Positions 1 to 12,173 of a DNA stretch of 61,233 bases are shown here, in pieces. A model generated the notes under the pieces. That model was not told where the DNA came from. It made no database searches and saw nothing but the letters and a program-made list of their open reading frames with translations. The DNA lies in NCBI GenBank assembly GCA_049999805.1, contig JBNGIO010006382.1:1-61233 (forward strand). Direction: 5' to 3'. The DNA is from Folioceros fuciformis. Its lineage: Eukaryota. Both the position numbers and the translations under genes were made by a program. The number at the start of each line of letters is the position of its first letter. Position 1 is the first letter of the stretch.

Positions 1-73
1 GTCGTCGTTGCTCAGTTGGTTGGACGCCCGGTTGGTAACGCCCAGGTCGCAGGCTCGAATCCTGCCACGGACA
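1..73 (+). pseudogene. Degenerate tRNA (Thr-GGT-like): pseudo-tRNA, SINE head or organellar fragment
   Basis: GCTCAG at tRNA positions 10-15, loop TTGGTAA (anticodon GGT) and a paired T-arm GCAGG-CTCGAAT-CCTGC. The acceptor stem (GTCGTCG/CACGGAC) and anticodon stem (CCCGG/CGCCC) are mismatched, and TTC is changed to CTC. Confidence 0.6.
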
Positions 74-1060
74 TCTCCAGGCAGCGATGTGTGATAGGAA
101 CTGGTTGCCATTAAACGCGCTTTCAAGAAGCTGGTGCGCCTGCTGCCTGCCGGCCATCGTCCTTCCTCCGTCATGAAGGCAGCTACGGCTTTTCATTTAT
201 GTGCCTGGGAAGCCAGCCAGCCAGCCGTTCGGACCTTCACACTGCCCGATGCAAGAAGCATGTATGGGTATGTACATCCATGCACACATGATTGAGATGG
301 GAGGCCATTGATGAGAGCCAGCCCTTCTGACTGCCTGGGGCGTGGGGTGTGCGGTGTGGTGTGGTGCTCGGCTGTGCGATAGGCCCTCATCCTCACGCGT
401 CGTGAGGACAGTGCGATTCGAGAATGATGGGAGCCTGGAAACCTTTCATCCTTTCTGCCTGCACTGCAAAAAGCGGAAAGGCTCGGAAACCGGGAAGGAA
501 AGCCTTCCTTCCCGAGCGAGCAACGTCTCTGCTCTGTCCCCTTTGCTGGACTGAACGCGTCTAAACTACACCACACATGTGTGTGTGTAGATGTGTGAAT
601 GCAGCGGGTACTAATGTGTGCTAGGAGGCACCATAGGACTCGCTCCGAGCGGGAAAGGGAGGTTTGTCTTCGCTCGCGGTCGGCTGCGAGCAGACCCAAA
701 GGTGGCTGGGTTTGACCAGAATGCGTCTCCGGGCTCCTCCGTCTTCCCACTCATGCAAGGATGATATCTTTTGAGCACTCTGGGGATTACAATCGAATAG
801 GAAATTGGTGGACCTCGGTCCAGAGTCCTATCCAGTCTGGCAGTGCTGCCCTGGGCCAACCACAATCACACATAGATGTTTCAAACCTCCAGTCATACCC
901 AAGCTGCAGCCAGTACATATCCTCTCTGATTCACCAAATATCCTCTGCTCATAAAGCCAGTGTACGAAGGCCAGAGCACTGCAAAATTTCTCGCACAATT
1001 CCTTTCAGGCTGGCCAATGAAGCACACCTTTCATTTATTTATGTTACCACTGCGCATCGT

Positions 1061-1160
1061 NNNNNNNNNNNNNNNNNNNNNNNNNNNNNNNNNNNNNNNN
1101 NNNNNNNNNNNNNNNNNNNNNNNNNNNNNNNNNNNNNNNNNNNNNNNNNNNNNNNNNNNN
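1061..1160. other. Assembly gap (100 N)
   Basis: Run of N. Confidence 1.
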
Positions 1161-1461
1161 GGTGGGGGAGGGGGGGGGCGAAAGATTCCATTGATTCTTG
1201 CCAACATTGCAGATTTCTTGCTCGATTAACACTTGTTGTCCATGCACAGAAGGACAAGGAGAAAATCGTGACGCTCTCGCCTGAAGATTAAGTGCGATAA
1301 GGCTGCATCGATACAACTCATCAGATATGCTTACTGCTGCCTGTCATGTGTTCAGACTGGTGGTATGGGGAATCAATTCCACAACGCCCATAACCAGCTG
1401 CTACTAAGAAGAAACTTCGGGGATGAGCAAGATAGAGCTTGCACTAGAACCGTGGGTTGTA

Positions 1462-4400
1462 TTACGCCAGGGCCTCCTTCGCCTTGGCCACAACGTTTTC
1501 GGCGGTGAGGCCGAATTCCTTGTACAGGATACCGATGGGTGCACTGGCACCGAAGTGGTCCAGACCGATGATTTTCCCCTTGGAGCCCACGTACCTCTCC
1601 CATCCAAAGGTAGAACCCGCCTCGATGGACACTCTGGCGGTCACGGATGCGGGGAAGACGCTCTCCTTATACTCTGCACTCTGCTTCTCGAAAAGTTCCC
1701 AGGAGGGGAAGGAGACCACTCTCACAGCCTTGCCCTCGTCCCTCAGGATCTTGGCGGCCTTCTCGGCAATTTCAACCTCGGAACCTGTGCCGATGAGAAT
1801 GACGTCGGGCTTGTTACCGGTGGAGTTGTCGCTCAGGACGTAGGCACCCTTCAACGTGTTCTCGATGGACGACCCTGCAAGGTTGGGCAGCTTTTGCCTA
1901 GAGAGGGCAATCACGGACGGTGTCTTCCGGTGCAGCACAGCAGCCTTGTAAGATCCTGCAGTCTCGTTTCCGTCCGCTGGCCTGAGCATGAGGATGTTGG
2001 GCATGGCCCTGAAGCTGGCCAGATGCTCGATAGGCTGGTGGGTGGGACCATCCTCTCCCAAACCGATGGAGTCATGGGTCATGACGTAAATCACGCCAGC
2101 CTCGCTCAGGGCAGAGATACGCATGGCGGGCCGCAGATAATCAGTGAAGATGAAGAAGGTCGCGCAATATGGGATGAGTCCGCTGTTGTGGAGCTGAATA
2201 CCGTTGCAGATGGCTCCCATGGCGTGTTCCCTCACACCAAATCGCAGGTTGCGCTCCTCGGGTGTGTCTTTTTGGAAGTCGCCGAACATCTTCATCAAAG
2301 TCATGTTGGATCCAGCCAAGTCAGCACTTCCTCCAAGGAGACCTGGCAGCACCTTCGCAAGTGCGTTCAGATTTGTCTGAGACAGGTTGCGGGTAGCATC
2401 CCCTGGCGTCTCTGGGGTGTAAGTCTGCGATCCACAGTACAAGAACAGAAGGTGAACAAAACCTACAGAAAGAAGAACACGCAGCGGCCTGAGCCCAGAA
2501 TGTAAAAACATGGCAAATAAACTTCCAAAGTACTGCTTGTAGAGTTCCCACAATCTGGACCTAGTGCATGCGTCATTGGATAGATCTTACAGGCAAAGCT
2601 TTCTCCCAGCCCTCTGGAAGCTCTCCGCTGATGAGCTGCTTGAACTCAGCCGCCTCCACAGGGTACTTCTTCTCGTACGCAGCAACAGCAGCCTCCCATT
2701 CTGCCTCGAGAGCAGCACCTTCCTTGATGTGACGGCTCCAGTGGCTACCGCAAGCAGCACACAATAAGCACAACTACCGGTAGAATATGCTGCACCCTAC
2801 TTGACAGATTCACACACAAGCACGGACCAAATGATGGCCTTGGCGTACCTCTTCACATCCTCAGGAACGAAGAAGGGCTCGTATGGCCAGCCCAGGTTCT
2901 TGCGTGTTGCGTCAACCTCCTTAGCACCAAGAGCTGATCCATGAACGCTGTAGGAGTTCGCCTTGTTGGGAGAACCAAATCCAATGATAGTGGTAACCTG
3001 CAAGAAAAGCCAAAGATGAAGGTCAAGATCCCAAACACAGTGCGGACGACAACAGACTGACACAACATACTGCGGGCTATGAAAGGCAACAGTCTCAAAC
3101 AACTACGGCTATTTTTTGTTTGAGTCTGCTCCTGCGATTGCTGTTCTGCGACCAGAACGAGATCCCAAGTCATGAAACGTACCTTGATAAAAACAGGCTT
3201 ATCCTTGATGGTCTTAGCCTCAGCGATAGCAGCCCGGATAGCATCATAGTCAGTGTTTCCGTTTTGCACCCAGATAACATGCCAACCCAGAGCCCTGAAG
3301 CGGTCATCCACACTCTCGGTGAAGGCAATCTTAGTGTCTCCGTCGATGGAGATGTGGTTGTCATCGTACAGAGCGATCAGTTTGTTCAGTCCCCAGTGAC
3401 CCGCAAGAGATGCAGCCTCATTCGAGATACCTTCCATGTTGCATCCATCTCCAAGGATACAGTACCTGCAGAGGTTGAGACCGGTAAGCACACAGGAGGC
3501 CGGTGACAACCAATCAAAAAAGGAAAAAAACGACATGCATGACACTTGACACTTACGTGTAGTGGTCGACAACCTTGGCATCAGGCTTATTGTAACGGGC
3601 AGCAAGGTGTGCTTCAGCCAGAGCTAGACCCACGGCATTTGCAATTCCCTGCCCCAAAGGACCTGCCACGACATAAGAGAGTGTCAACCACATGGATAGA
3701 GCATGCATGGCGTGGTGGCACGACAACTGGTCATCCCAGAGAGCGATTTGTTACCAGTAGTGACCTCGACACCGGGAGTCTCAAAATTCTCCGGGTGGCC
3801 AGGGGTCCTGCTCTTCCACTGACGGAATTGCTTCAGATCCTCCTCCTGAAAGCAGGATGATTTAGTCCGACATGCATGCAACATCCCCTCCCACCAAAGA
3901 CCAAAGGACGGAGTTGCCAGGCGATATGAGGAGACAAGACATACAAGCATACCTTGACACTGTCGTATCCGGCAAGGTGGAGCAGGGCGTACTGAAGCAT
4001 GCATCCGTGGCCAGCGGACAGCACAAACCGATCCCTGTTGAACCAGTAGGGGTTCTTAGGGTTGTAGCGCATGATTTCGTCGAAGAGAATGTGTCCCATG
4101 GGAGCACAGCCCATGGGCAGCCCGGGGTGCCCAGAATTCGCCTTCTCCACGGCATCTATGGCCAGGAAGCGGATGGTGTTGATGGATTTCTCCACTAACG
4201 CTACGTCCGTCTTCTCCAGAGTCTCGACGGCCGCAGCGGCCCGGACAGGTGCCGCCCTCTGCAGCTTCCCGGCAGACGCATTCTGCACGGGGGAGGCGGA
4301 AACGGCACGCTGCCCCTTGGACGCAAGCCTCAGCCCGGAGAATGTGCCCACAGGGAAGGCCTGCGCGGCCACCCGGTCCAACCCCTGGGCGGACGCAGCC

Positions 4401-4468
4401 CGGATGGCGCCAGGCGCGGCAGCGACAGCAGCGCCCACCTGAGCAACATTGCACCGCACGGCGGCCAT
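1462..4468 (-). CDS. TKL: Plastid transketolase, ~7 exons
   Basis: Ala/Arg-rich transit peptide followed by [49 protein letters not shown] (TPP motif), GVREHAM and [16 protein letters not shown], spread over GT-AG exons. Confidence 0.97.
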
Positions 4469-6020
4469 GGCTGCAGAAAGCGAGGCGCTTTTGCTTCTGC
4501 TTCTACTTCTCCTTCTCCGTCTCCCTCTCTTCCTGCGTCTGCTCCTGTTCTCACACCTGGGTACTGTCTCCCGGCTGCGAGAGAAGAACAGGAGGAGACG
4601 AAGCTGCAGCACCTCCTTCCTCCTCCGCCGAGAAGAAGAGGACCTGGCTACAGCAGATGAGGGGTAAGAAAGAGACTGAGAGCCCCGAACTCAGCGGGCG
4701 GGCTGCTGAGCAGCCGATGGGTTAGCAGGAGAGAGGTCGTGGGAGCGAGCACACAGACGGCTCCGCCTCCTCGGAGGCAGGCTGGCCACAATCCCCAACC
4801 TTGGGTAGAGGGAGAACAAGGGCCACAAATGGATAGATAGCGTCAGACAAGCTCGCCTTAGCGCACTGGACAGCAACAGGCGGATGGAACCGGGCCCCGG
4901 CCCCCCAGGCGGGGCTGAAGAATCTGGAAGAAATGCCGGCAGCAGATCCACCGCCACCCAATCACCGACGTCATGCATTACTCAACTACAACCAACTCAA
5001 CTGGGCAAATTTCATTATTCTCTCAATTGTTTGACCTCTCAGAGGCCGGGGCACGGCTCCTGGCCTGCACACGGAATGATACCGACGACGGCGACAGGTA
5101 TATCCAGTCCCTTGGATGGGCCGGTGAGCCGCATTTCAGCCGTGGATGCAGCACGCCATCCATTCCTGCGCTTCTGTGAGCCATCCACTTGGTTCGCCTT
5201 TCTCGCATTCATACCTTCATTACTGTGGATGTATCGGATTTCAATCCCACTCCGGCTACAAAAATGAGCGACCCATGGGATTAGTTGGGCTTGACAATCA
5301 AGCTACCGCTCGTCCCCCATCCCCGAGGCCCCATGGCCACGCCCATACTTCGCTTTTGTGGGTCCAACTTCCCTGTCAGATGCACATTTGTGATTTTTGG
5401 TCTTTGCAGTCTGTGGGTTGTATGGGTTTCAGTGAAGGTTGGAGATCTCGGAAGGACCGTACCAAAATATCTAATACATTTAACCATTCTCACTACAGGT
5501 ATGGGAGACGTCATGTCTTCTGTGTGCAGAGACTACCTGAAGGTAGTCTAAAAAAAAAGGGGTGAGCCTATGTTCTCTTCTACGCAAATGGACGGTAGGC
5601 ATTTTAATGATGAGCCTCATCGTTCAATCGCTCAGCTCATCCGCATGGCACGTCCTTCCATCTTCACCGGTGGTTCTAAACCATGCTTAGCTCCAGTCCA
5701 GTGTGCCAGTTGCTTGCCATGCAATCTCGCGTTTGGAAGGTTAGTTTTCTACAAAACCATCGTCCACAACTACAAGTTGGGCGGCCAACTTACTATGTAC
5801 AACAAAGTCATCTGTTTCCCCTTTCAAAACTGCAGCTACCAACCATGTACAACCAAGCCATAGGTTTGCGCTTCCTTTCATAACTGAAGTCAGAAGCTAT
5901 GTGCACTCCGACCCGCCCTCTGTGGTAGGGACAGAACGATTCCTTACACGCATGCAAAAATCCTTGGGATACGAACCCACCATCGGATACGTCCCAAAAC
6001 CACAACTGCAGCTGTGGCCC

Positions 6021-8338
6021 CTACCCTTCACATTTCATTTTGGTGCCCAGATGATATAGCATTGCGTATATGTCCTCACTGTCGGAGTGGCTTGTGTCCC
6101 CCACCAGAAAAGTGTGCACCAGTCCATCCATGTCTGTCCACCAGCTCTGGCCTGGCTGCTTCCATGCTCCGATTTCTTTCCTCCTCGCTTGCACCTGCTG
6201 TGCCTGTTGCCACATCTGGGCACTTGCGAATACGTTTGACATCATCACATATGCTGTTGCATCGTTCTTGTTCAGGGTCACTGCTTCTCTAAAAGCATGG
6301 CGCCCAACCTCTATGTTGCTCCACTTTCGACAAGCACCCAACAGATTGTGCCAGGCTGCAGCATCAGGGATGACAGGCATTTTCCGTGCCAAAGCTAGTG
6401 CCTCCTCCAGTTGGCCTGCACGACCGAGCAGATCCACCATGCATGTGTAGTGCTCAGCCGTAGGGGAAATGCCATATTGCTTGGTCATTCTCTCAAACCA
6501 CTCCCTCCCTTGTTCCTTTAGACCCGAGTGACTGCATACTATCAGCACACTGAGGAATGTCACGCCGTCTGGATGTACGCCATCCTCCCCGATTCTGTGA
6601 AACAAGTCAAAGACCTGCTCTTTGTTCCCTTGCCGAGTGTAGCCTGCAATAAGTGCATTCCATGCAACAACGGCTCTTCCAGGCAATGCCTCAAACACCT
6701 GCTGTGCGTCACGCATGCTTCCACACTTTGCATACATGTTGATCAAACTGACAGCTACAAGCACATCGTCGGCTTGAAGCCCCTGTTCTTCAATCTCTGC
6801 ATGAAGCTGCCTTCCAAGATGCAGCGCTGCCACGCTTGCACATGCCTGTAGGAGGCACACATATGTCACAGAATTCGGTGCAACCATGCCCTCCTTTGTC
6901 ATCGCCCTGTGTAGACGAAGTGCTTCGTGCCCCATGCCTTGCTGGGAATACGCTGCTATCATCACATTCCACGTAATCACGTTTTTCTGTCTAAGTCTGT
7001 CAAACACAACCTGTGCATCATCTAAGCTGCCTATGCTTGCATATGCTGCAATCATAACATTCCACGCGACCAAATCTTTCTGGGTAAGCCTGTCAAACGT
7101 TCTTTGAGCGTCTTCCAAGCTGCCACACTTTGCATACATATTTACTAAAGCATGCCTATGAGCCCATCTGCCTCAAGCCCTCGTTCTCTGATCTGTGCAT
7201 GCAGCTGCTTTCCAGTCTCTAAACCACGGGTGCCCACACCTGACCATGCTTGCAAGAGGCACACGAATGTCACTGAGTTGGGTACGGTGAGTCCTCCTTC
7301 CTGCATATTACGGTAAAGTTGAAGGGCTTCCCGACCCATGCCCTGCTGGGATTATCCTGAGATGAGAGCCGTCCAGGTGACCACATCTTTGTTACTCAAT
7401 CCTTGAAACACTCTTTGAGCGTCTTCCAGGCTGCCACACTTTGCATACATGTCCACCAAGCAGTTACAAACAAACAGGCCAGGCGCAACTCCACTGACCA
7501 ACACGTCAGCATGTACCTGCTCCCCAGTTTCCAAGTCTGTGCCCCTTGCACAAGCCTGAAGAGCTGACACAAACACACGGCCATCTGGTTTTACACCTGA
7601 CCTGCGCAGGTTATGATATAGTTGTATTGCCACCTTATCTTGTCCATGTTTGACATGTGCTGAGATTATGGAAGACCACATGAAGGCATCTGGTTCAGCA
7701 ACCAAGGTGAACAAATCCATCGCTTCCTGCAATCTGCCATGAAAAGCATACATTCGCAGGATGTGGTTGCAGAGGAAAGTGTCCGTGTCATAGCCCTTTC
7801 TCACGGTGAGAGCATGGACCCGGCGGCCCCAAACCAAATCCTTCTGAATGATACATTTCTTCACGACAGCATAGAAGAGAGACTTGGAAATACGGCAATC
7901 TGTCTGAACCAAAACGCCCATAGCCTCCACAGCTTCGTTGAGATGCTCCAGCTGACATAGCTTGTTCACCGTTTCAGCGATGACTTCCCTCTCGTACTTT
8001 GCAGGTCTTCGAGTGTCATCAGTATCACTCATCAAGTTCCGCTTGATTGCAGGGGTACTACGACCCATCGTCATATCGGCACGACCCGGCAGAGCTTCTA
8101 TCCTGCTGGAGCTCCTCCTAGAGCTGCTGTTGGTGTAAGGATATCTCTTCGATGAGTGCACGGAAGCTGTTGCTACAAGCGGCCCTGTCGCCTTGTGTGT
8201 GAAAGACGCGCAACGGTCCGAGCAGGGACACTTCCCAGAAGCATGATCTGAACTTTTAGAGTCAAGTCTGAACGGAAAACGCACCTCTAGTACGTTAACA
8301 GCTGGGCCAGTTGCACAAATCAAATTGCCCACGTCCAT
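6021..8338 (-). pseudogene. PLS-class PPR (E/E+, SWW type), disrupted
   Basis: Three ORF pieces form one PPR array. An in-frame TAA at 7352-7354 (ISG*SQQGM, Tyr expected) and a 1-nt deletion near 7150 (IG[N]ALVNMYAK) interrupt it. C-terminus reads KQPGQSWWTDMDGLVHTFLVGD. Confidence 0.8.
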
Positions 8339-8440
8339 TTCCTGCAGCAGAGCTTTCCTGCTCCCGGAATCTCGGTGCAGGCATTGTGAACGTCACATGC
8401 GCCTGCTCTTTGTTGGATCGGAATCACCGCCAGGGCGTCG

Positions 8441-11400
8441 ATGTCAGTAGAGCTACTGTGGCACAAGTTATTTTACGACCCCCGGCAGTGGTGGGACAAT
8501 CGGAGGGACAAGGCACCTTCGTGGTCTTCATAACCCACCGATTCTAGTCAAATGTGTTGACAAGGAAACTGTGTTTCCCTTGACTGACTCGGATTCTGTG
8601 CATGCAGAGAAGCCCCCGCCATCCTGACTTCAGGCACAAGACGACCAAGGAGCTCCTCTGGGCAAACAGCCCATCTAATCCTGCGTGGGTGGAGTCTCAG
8701 TTAGCCATTCTCGATTCCGAATTCCAAATTGCGGATGGAGGTCCTCATGGATTTGCATTTCCTTGCACCAAAGCGGATGAGAGGTAGTCGGCTTCTGTTG
8801 TCAGCACATCTGGTTGTAAAATTATATTCAGGTTGATATTTCCGACTCACTGGTTGGCGAGTGCAGGCCACAGATTTCGCGTGGCATTGAGAGACTATGC
8901 AAGGAGGGACAGCTGGACAAGGCCATCGAGGCCTTGGTCCTGCTGGATCAGCAAGGCAGACCGCCATCTCCTTTCATCTACAAGATTATCTTGCAGGCTT
9001 GTATGAAGAAGAAGTCCCTTGGTGTGGCCAGGAGAATACAAGCTCATTTGGAAAACCATGGGCTCGAGGCAAATGCATTTCTAAGCGAACTTGTGGTTAC
9101 CACACTGGTTCACTGTGGAGGTCTTGCTGATGGTCTCCAGTTGTTTGGGAGGCTCTCTCACACAACAGCATTTTCTTGGACGGCCATCATTTCAGGGTAT
9201 AGCAATGCTGGACAGTACCGGCAAGCATTGTCAAGTTATAAGCAGATGCTTCTGGCAGGGGTGCAGCCTGATAAGTATACGATTGTCAGTTTACTCAAAA
9301 CATGTAGTATGCTACGAGACCTGGAAGAGGGCAAGCGCATTCACTCTGATGTTAAGAGACTTGGCTTTCAGTCCGATGTCGTTGTGGGTAGCATACTGGT
9401 CACCATGTATGCAAAATCTGGGAGCATTGTGGAGGCGCGGAGGGTTTTTGACAGCTTGCCCAGACACGATCCAGTGCTGTGGAATGCAATGCTTGCAGCG
9501 TATGTGCAGCATGGCCAAGGTGAAAGGATCTTGCAGCTTTATGGACAAATGCATGAGGCAGGAGTCAGGCCTGATGCCCGCACATTTGTCAGTGCTCTCC
9601 AAGCATGTGGCATTCTTGCCGAAAAGGAGGAAAGCCGACTGGAAAACGGCCAAAATGTCAAAGTGGTGTCACTGCAAATGGGGCGAAAGCTGCATGCCGA
9701 GGCTGTTGAAATGGGGTTTGGATCTCACGTGTTTGTTGGTAACGCTTCGGTTACTATGTTTGCAAAGTGTGGCAGCACTAACGATGCCAGACACGTGTTC
9801 GACACGTTGGTACAGAAAGATGTGGTGTCCTGGAATGCGCTGATTGCAGCATATGCCCATCAGAACCTTGGAAATGAGGCCTTGAACATGTATGCAGAAA
9901 TGTATAAAGAAGGTGTCAGGCCAGATGCCCGGACGCTTGTTGGTGCTCTTCAAGCATGTGGTATCATAGCAGAACAGGAGGACAGTGGACACCTTGATGG
10001 GCACTATGTCAAATTGAACTCACTCCAGCAGGGCAAGAAACTTCATGCTGAAGCTGCTCGACTGGGTTGTGGAACAGATGTGTTTGTTTGTAGCGCTTTG
10101 GTCAGTATCTACACAAAGTGCGGGAGTACCAAGGATGCAAAGCTTGTCTTTGATGGATTGTTGTACCGAGATGTAGTGTCCTGGACGGCTATGATTGGAG
10201 GATATATTCAGCGAGGCAAAGGAGACATGGCCTTAGAGCTCTATGCTCAAATGCAAGAGGAAGGTGTGAGTCCGGATGCATGGATATTTGCCAGTGCTGC
10301 CCAAGCATGCTCTATGCTTGCAGAGAAGGTGGAAACTACGGACTTTTATGGTCAACAAGTCAAACTGAATCCTCTGCAGAAGGGGAAGGAAATACATGCT
10401 GCAGCTGCTAGGAGAGGTCTTGATTCAGACGTGTATGTCAGTAATACTTTGATAAGCATGTACGCAAGGTGTGGGAGCATCAAAGATGCTGAACACGTGT
10501 TCTGCACATTGTCCCAGCCCAACATCGTTTCATGGAATGCAATGCTTGCAGGGTATGCTCAGCAGGGGGAAGGGCAGAAGGCCCTGCACCTTTATTCAAA
10601 AATTCAGGAGGATGGCGTGAGGCTGAATGCTCGGACTCTTGTCAGCGCTCTTGATGCTTGTGGCACCCTTGCAGAATTGGAGGACAGTAGACTCCTGGAC
10701 GGGCAGAATATCAAAATGGAGTCGATGCAAAAGGGCAAAAGGATCTTTGCGGATGTTATCCGGCTGGGTTACAGGTCAGACAAGTTTGTCTCTTGCGCTC
10801 TGATCAGTATGTACCTTAAGTGTGGGAGCTTATTGGATGCCCAACAGGTGTTTGACGCCTTGTCGGAGCCTGATGTAATGGTGTGGAATGCAATGCTTAC
10901 AGGGTATGCACAGCACGGCCAAGGAGAGACATGCCTGCAGATGTACAGGGAAATGCTAGAAAAAGGCATTGGTCCAGATGATCGGACCTTTGTGAGTGCT
11001 CTGCAAGCATGTGGGACCCTTGCAGAGGAAGAGGAGTGTTCAGTTGCACATGGGCAGCATGTGAAAGCTGAAGCTCTTCGGAAGGGCAGGGAAATACATG
11101 CAGAAGCAGCTAGGCTTGGCTATGACTCGGACATGTTTGTTGGGAGTACTTTGGTTAGCATGTATGCAAAATGTGGGAGTGTGCAAAATGCACGTCCTGT
11201 ATTCGACGGATTGTTCCGTCGGGATGCGGTTTCATGGACAGCTATGATTGGAGGGTACGCCAAGCAGGACCAAGGAGACAAGGCCTTGCAGATGTTCGCT
11301 GAAATGCAACTGGAGGGCATGCAAGCGGAAAACTCCACCTTCCTTTGCGTCCTAGAAGCATGCAGCACCACAGGAGCCTTGGATAGGTGCAGGCAAATCC

Positions 11401-12173
11401 ATGCGCAAATTCTGGAGGCAGGGTTTCATTGCAGCCATTTGGTGGTGAACAGTCTGATACATGCCTATGGTAAATGTGGAAGCATGGTGGATGCGCAGCA
11501 CGTATTTCAGTCCCTCCCTAACCCGAGTGTGGTGTCATGGACGGCTCTCATTGCTGGTCATGCTCGCCAAGGAGATTGTGAGACCAGTATCCGGTTGTAC
11601 GAAGCCATGCTCCTGGCAGGTGTGAAGCCAGATGAAGTCACATTCTTAGCAATCCTGTCAGCATGTAGTCATTCCGGCATGGTGGACAGAGGCCTTGCGT
11701 ACTTCGACAGCATGCACAGAGTGCACGGCATTTCCCCTGAAGTGGAGCATTTTGCCTGCGTGATTGATCTTGTCGGCCGTGCTGGACTCCTTAGCGAGGC
11801 AGAGGGCCTGCTGTCAAGAATGCCAATGCAACCGAAGCTGCCTGTATGGATGTCATTTCTGGGAGCATGCCGGACGCATGGTGACGTCGTGATGGCAATC
11901 CGGGCTTTCGACGGTGCTGTGGCTGTAAAACCAAAAGAAGCTGCTGCCTATGTCTTAATGTCTAATGTCTATGCAAACGCTGGAATGTGGAGGCATGCAA
12001 GGGAAATCGAGGAGTTGAGAGAAAGAGCAGGTGCATGGAAGAAGCCTGGCCGGAGCTGGATTGAGCATGGGGATGAGGTGCACACGTTTGTGGTGGGAGA
12101 CCGCAGCCATGCAGAAACAGCCGCTTTGTATGCTGTCTTGAGCAAGTTGAACCTCGCACTTCAAGGAGTCTGA
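8441..12173 (+). CDS. PLS-class PPR (E/E+, PG box) with N-terminal OSB-like PDF module; join(8441..8512,8608..8783,8867..12173)
   Basis: 1079-aa PPR ORF ending HFACVIDLVGRAG...KKPGRSWIE..VHTF. Two upstream exons (WWDNRRDK / RSPRHPDFRHK..LW..P.WV) join in frame through phase-compatible introns (GC-AG phase 0, then GT-AG phase 2). Confidence 0.85.

Noticed and set aside
142-190. HDV-like or hammerhead ribozyme behind the pseudo-tRNA
   Set aside because: One stem is present, but I could not form P3/P1.1/P4 or find a CTGATGA...GAAA core.
1423-2505. 360-aa + strand ORF
   Set aside because: Antisense shadow of the last transketolase exon with no recognisable motifs.
5808-5960. Complete DYW domain downstream of the disrupted PPR
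   Set aside because: No HxE, CxxC or HHF motifs were found, and GSCSF is probably coincidental.
7352-7354. Stop codon repaired by U-to-C editing
   Set aside because: The gene is nuclear, editing would give Gln rather than the expected Tyr, and a frameshift is also present.
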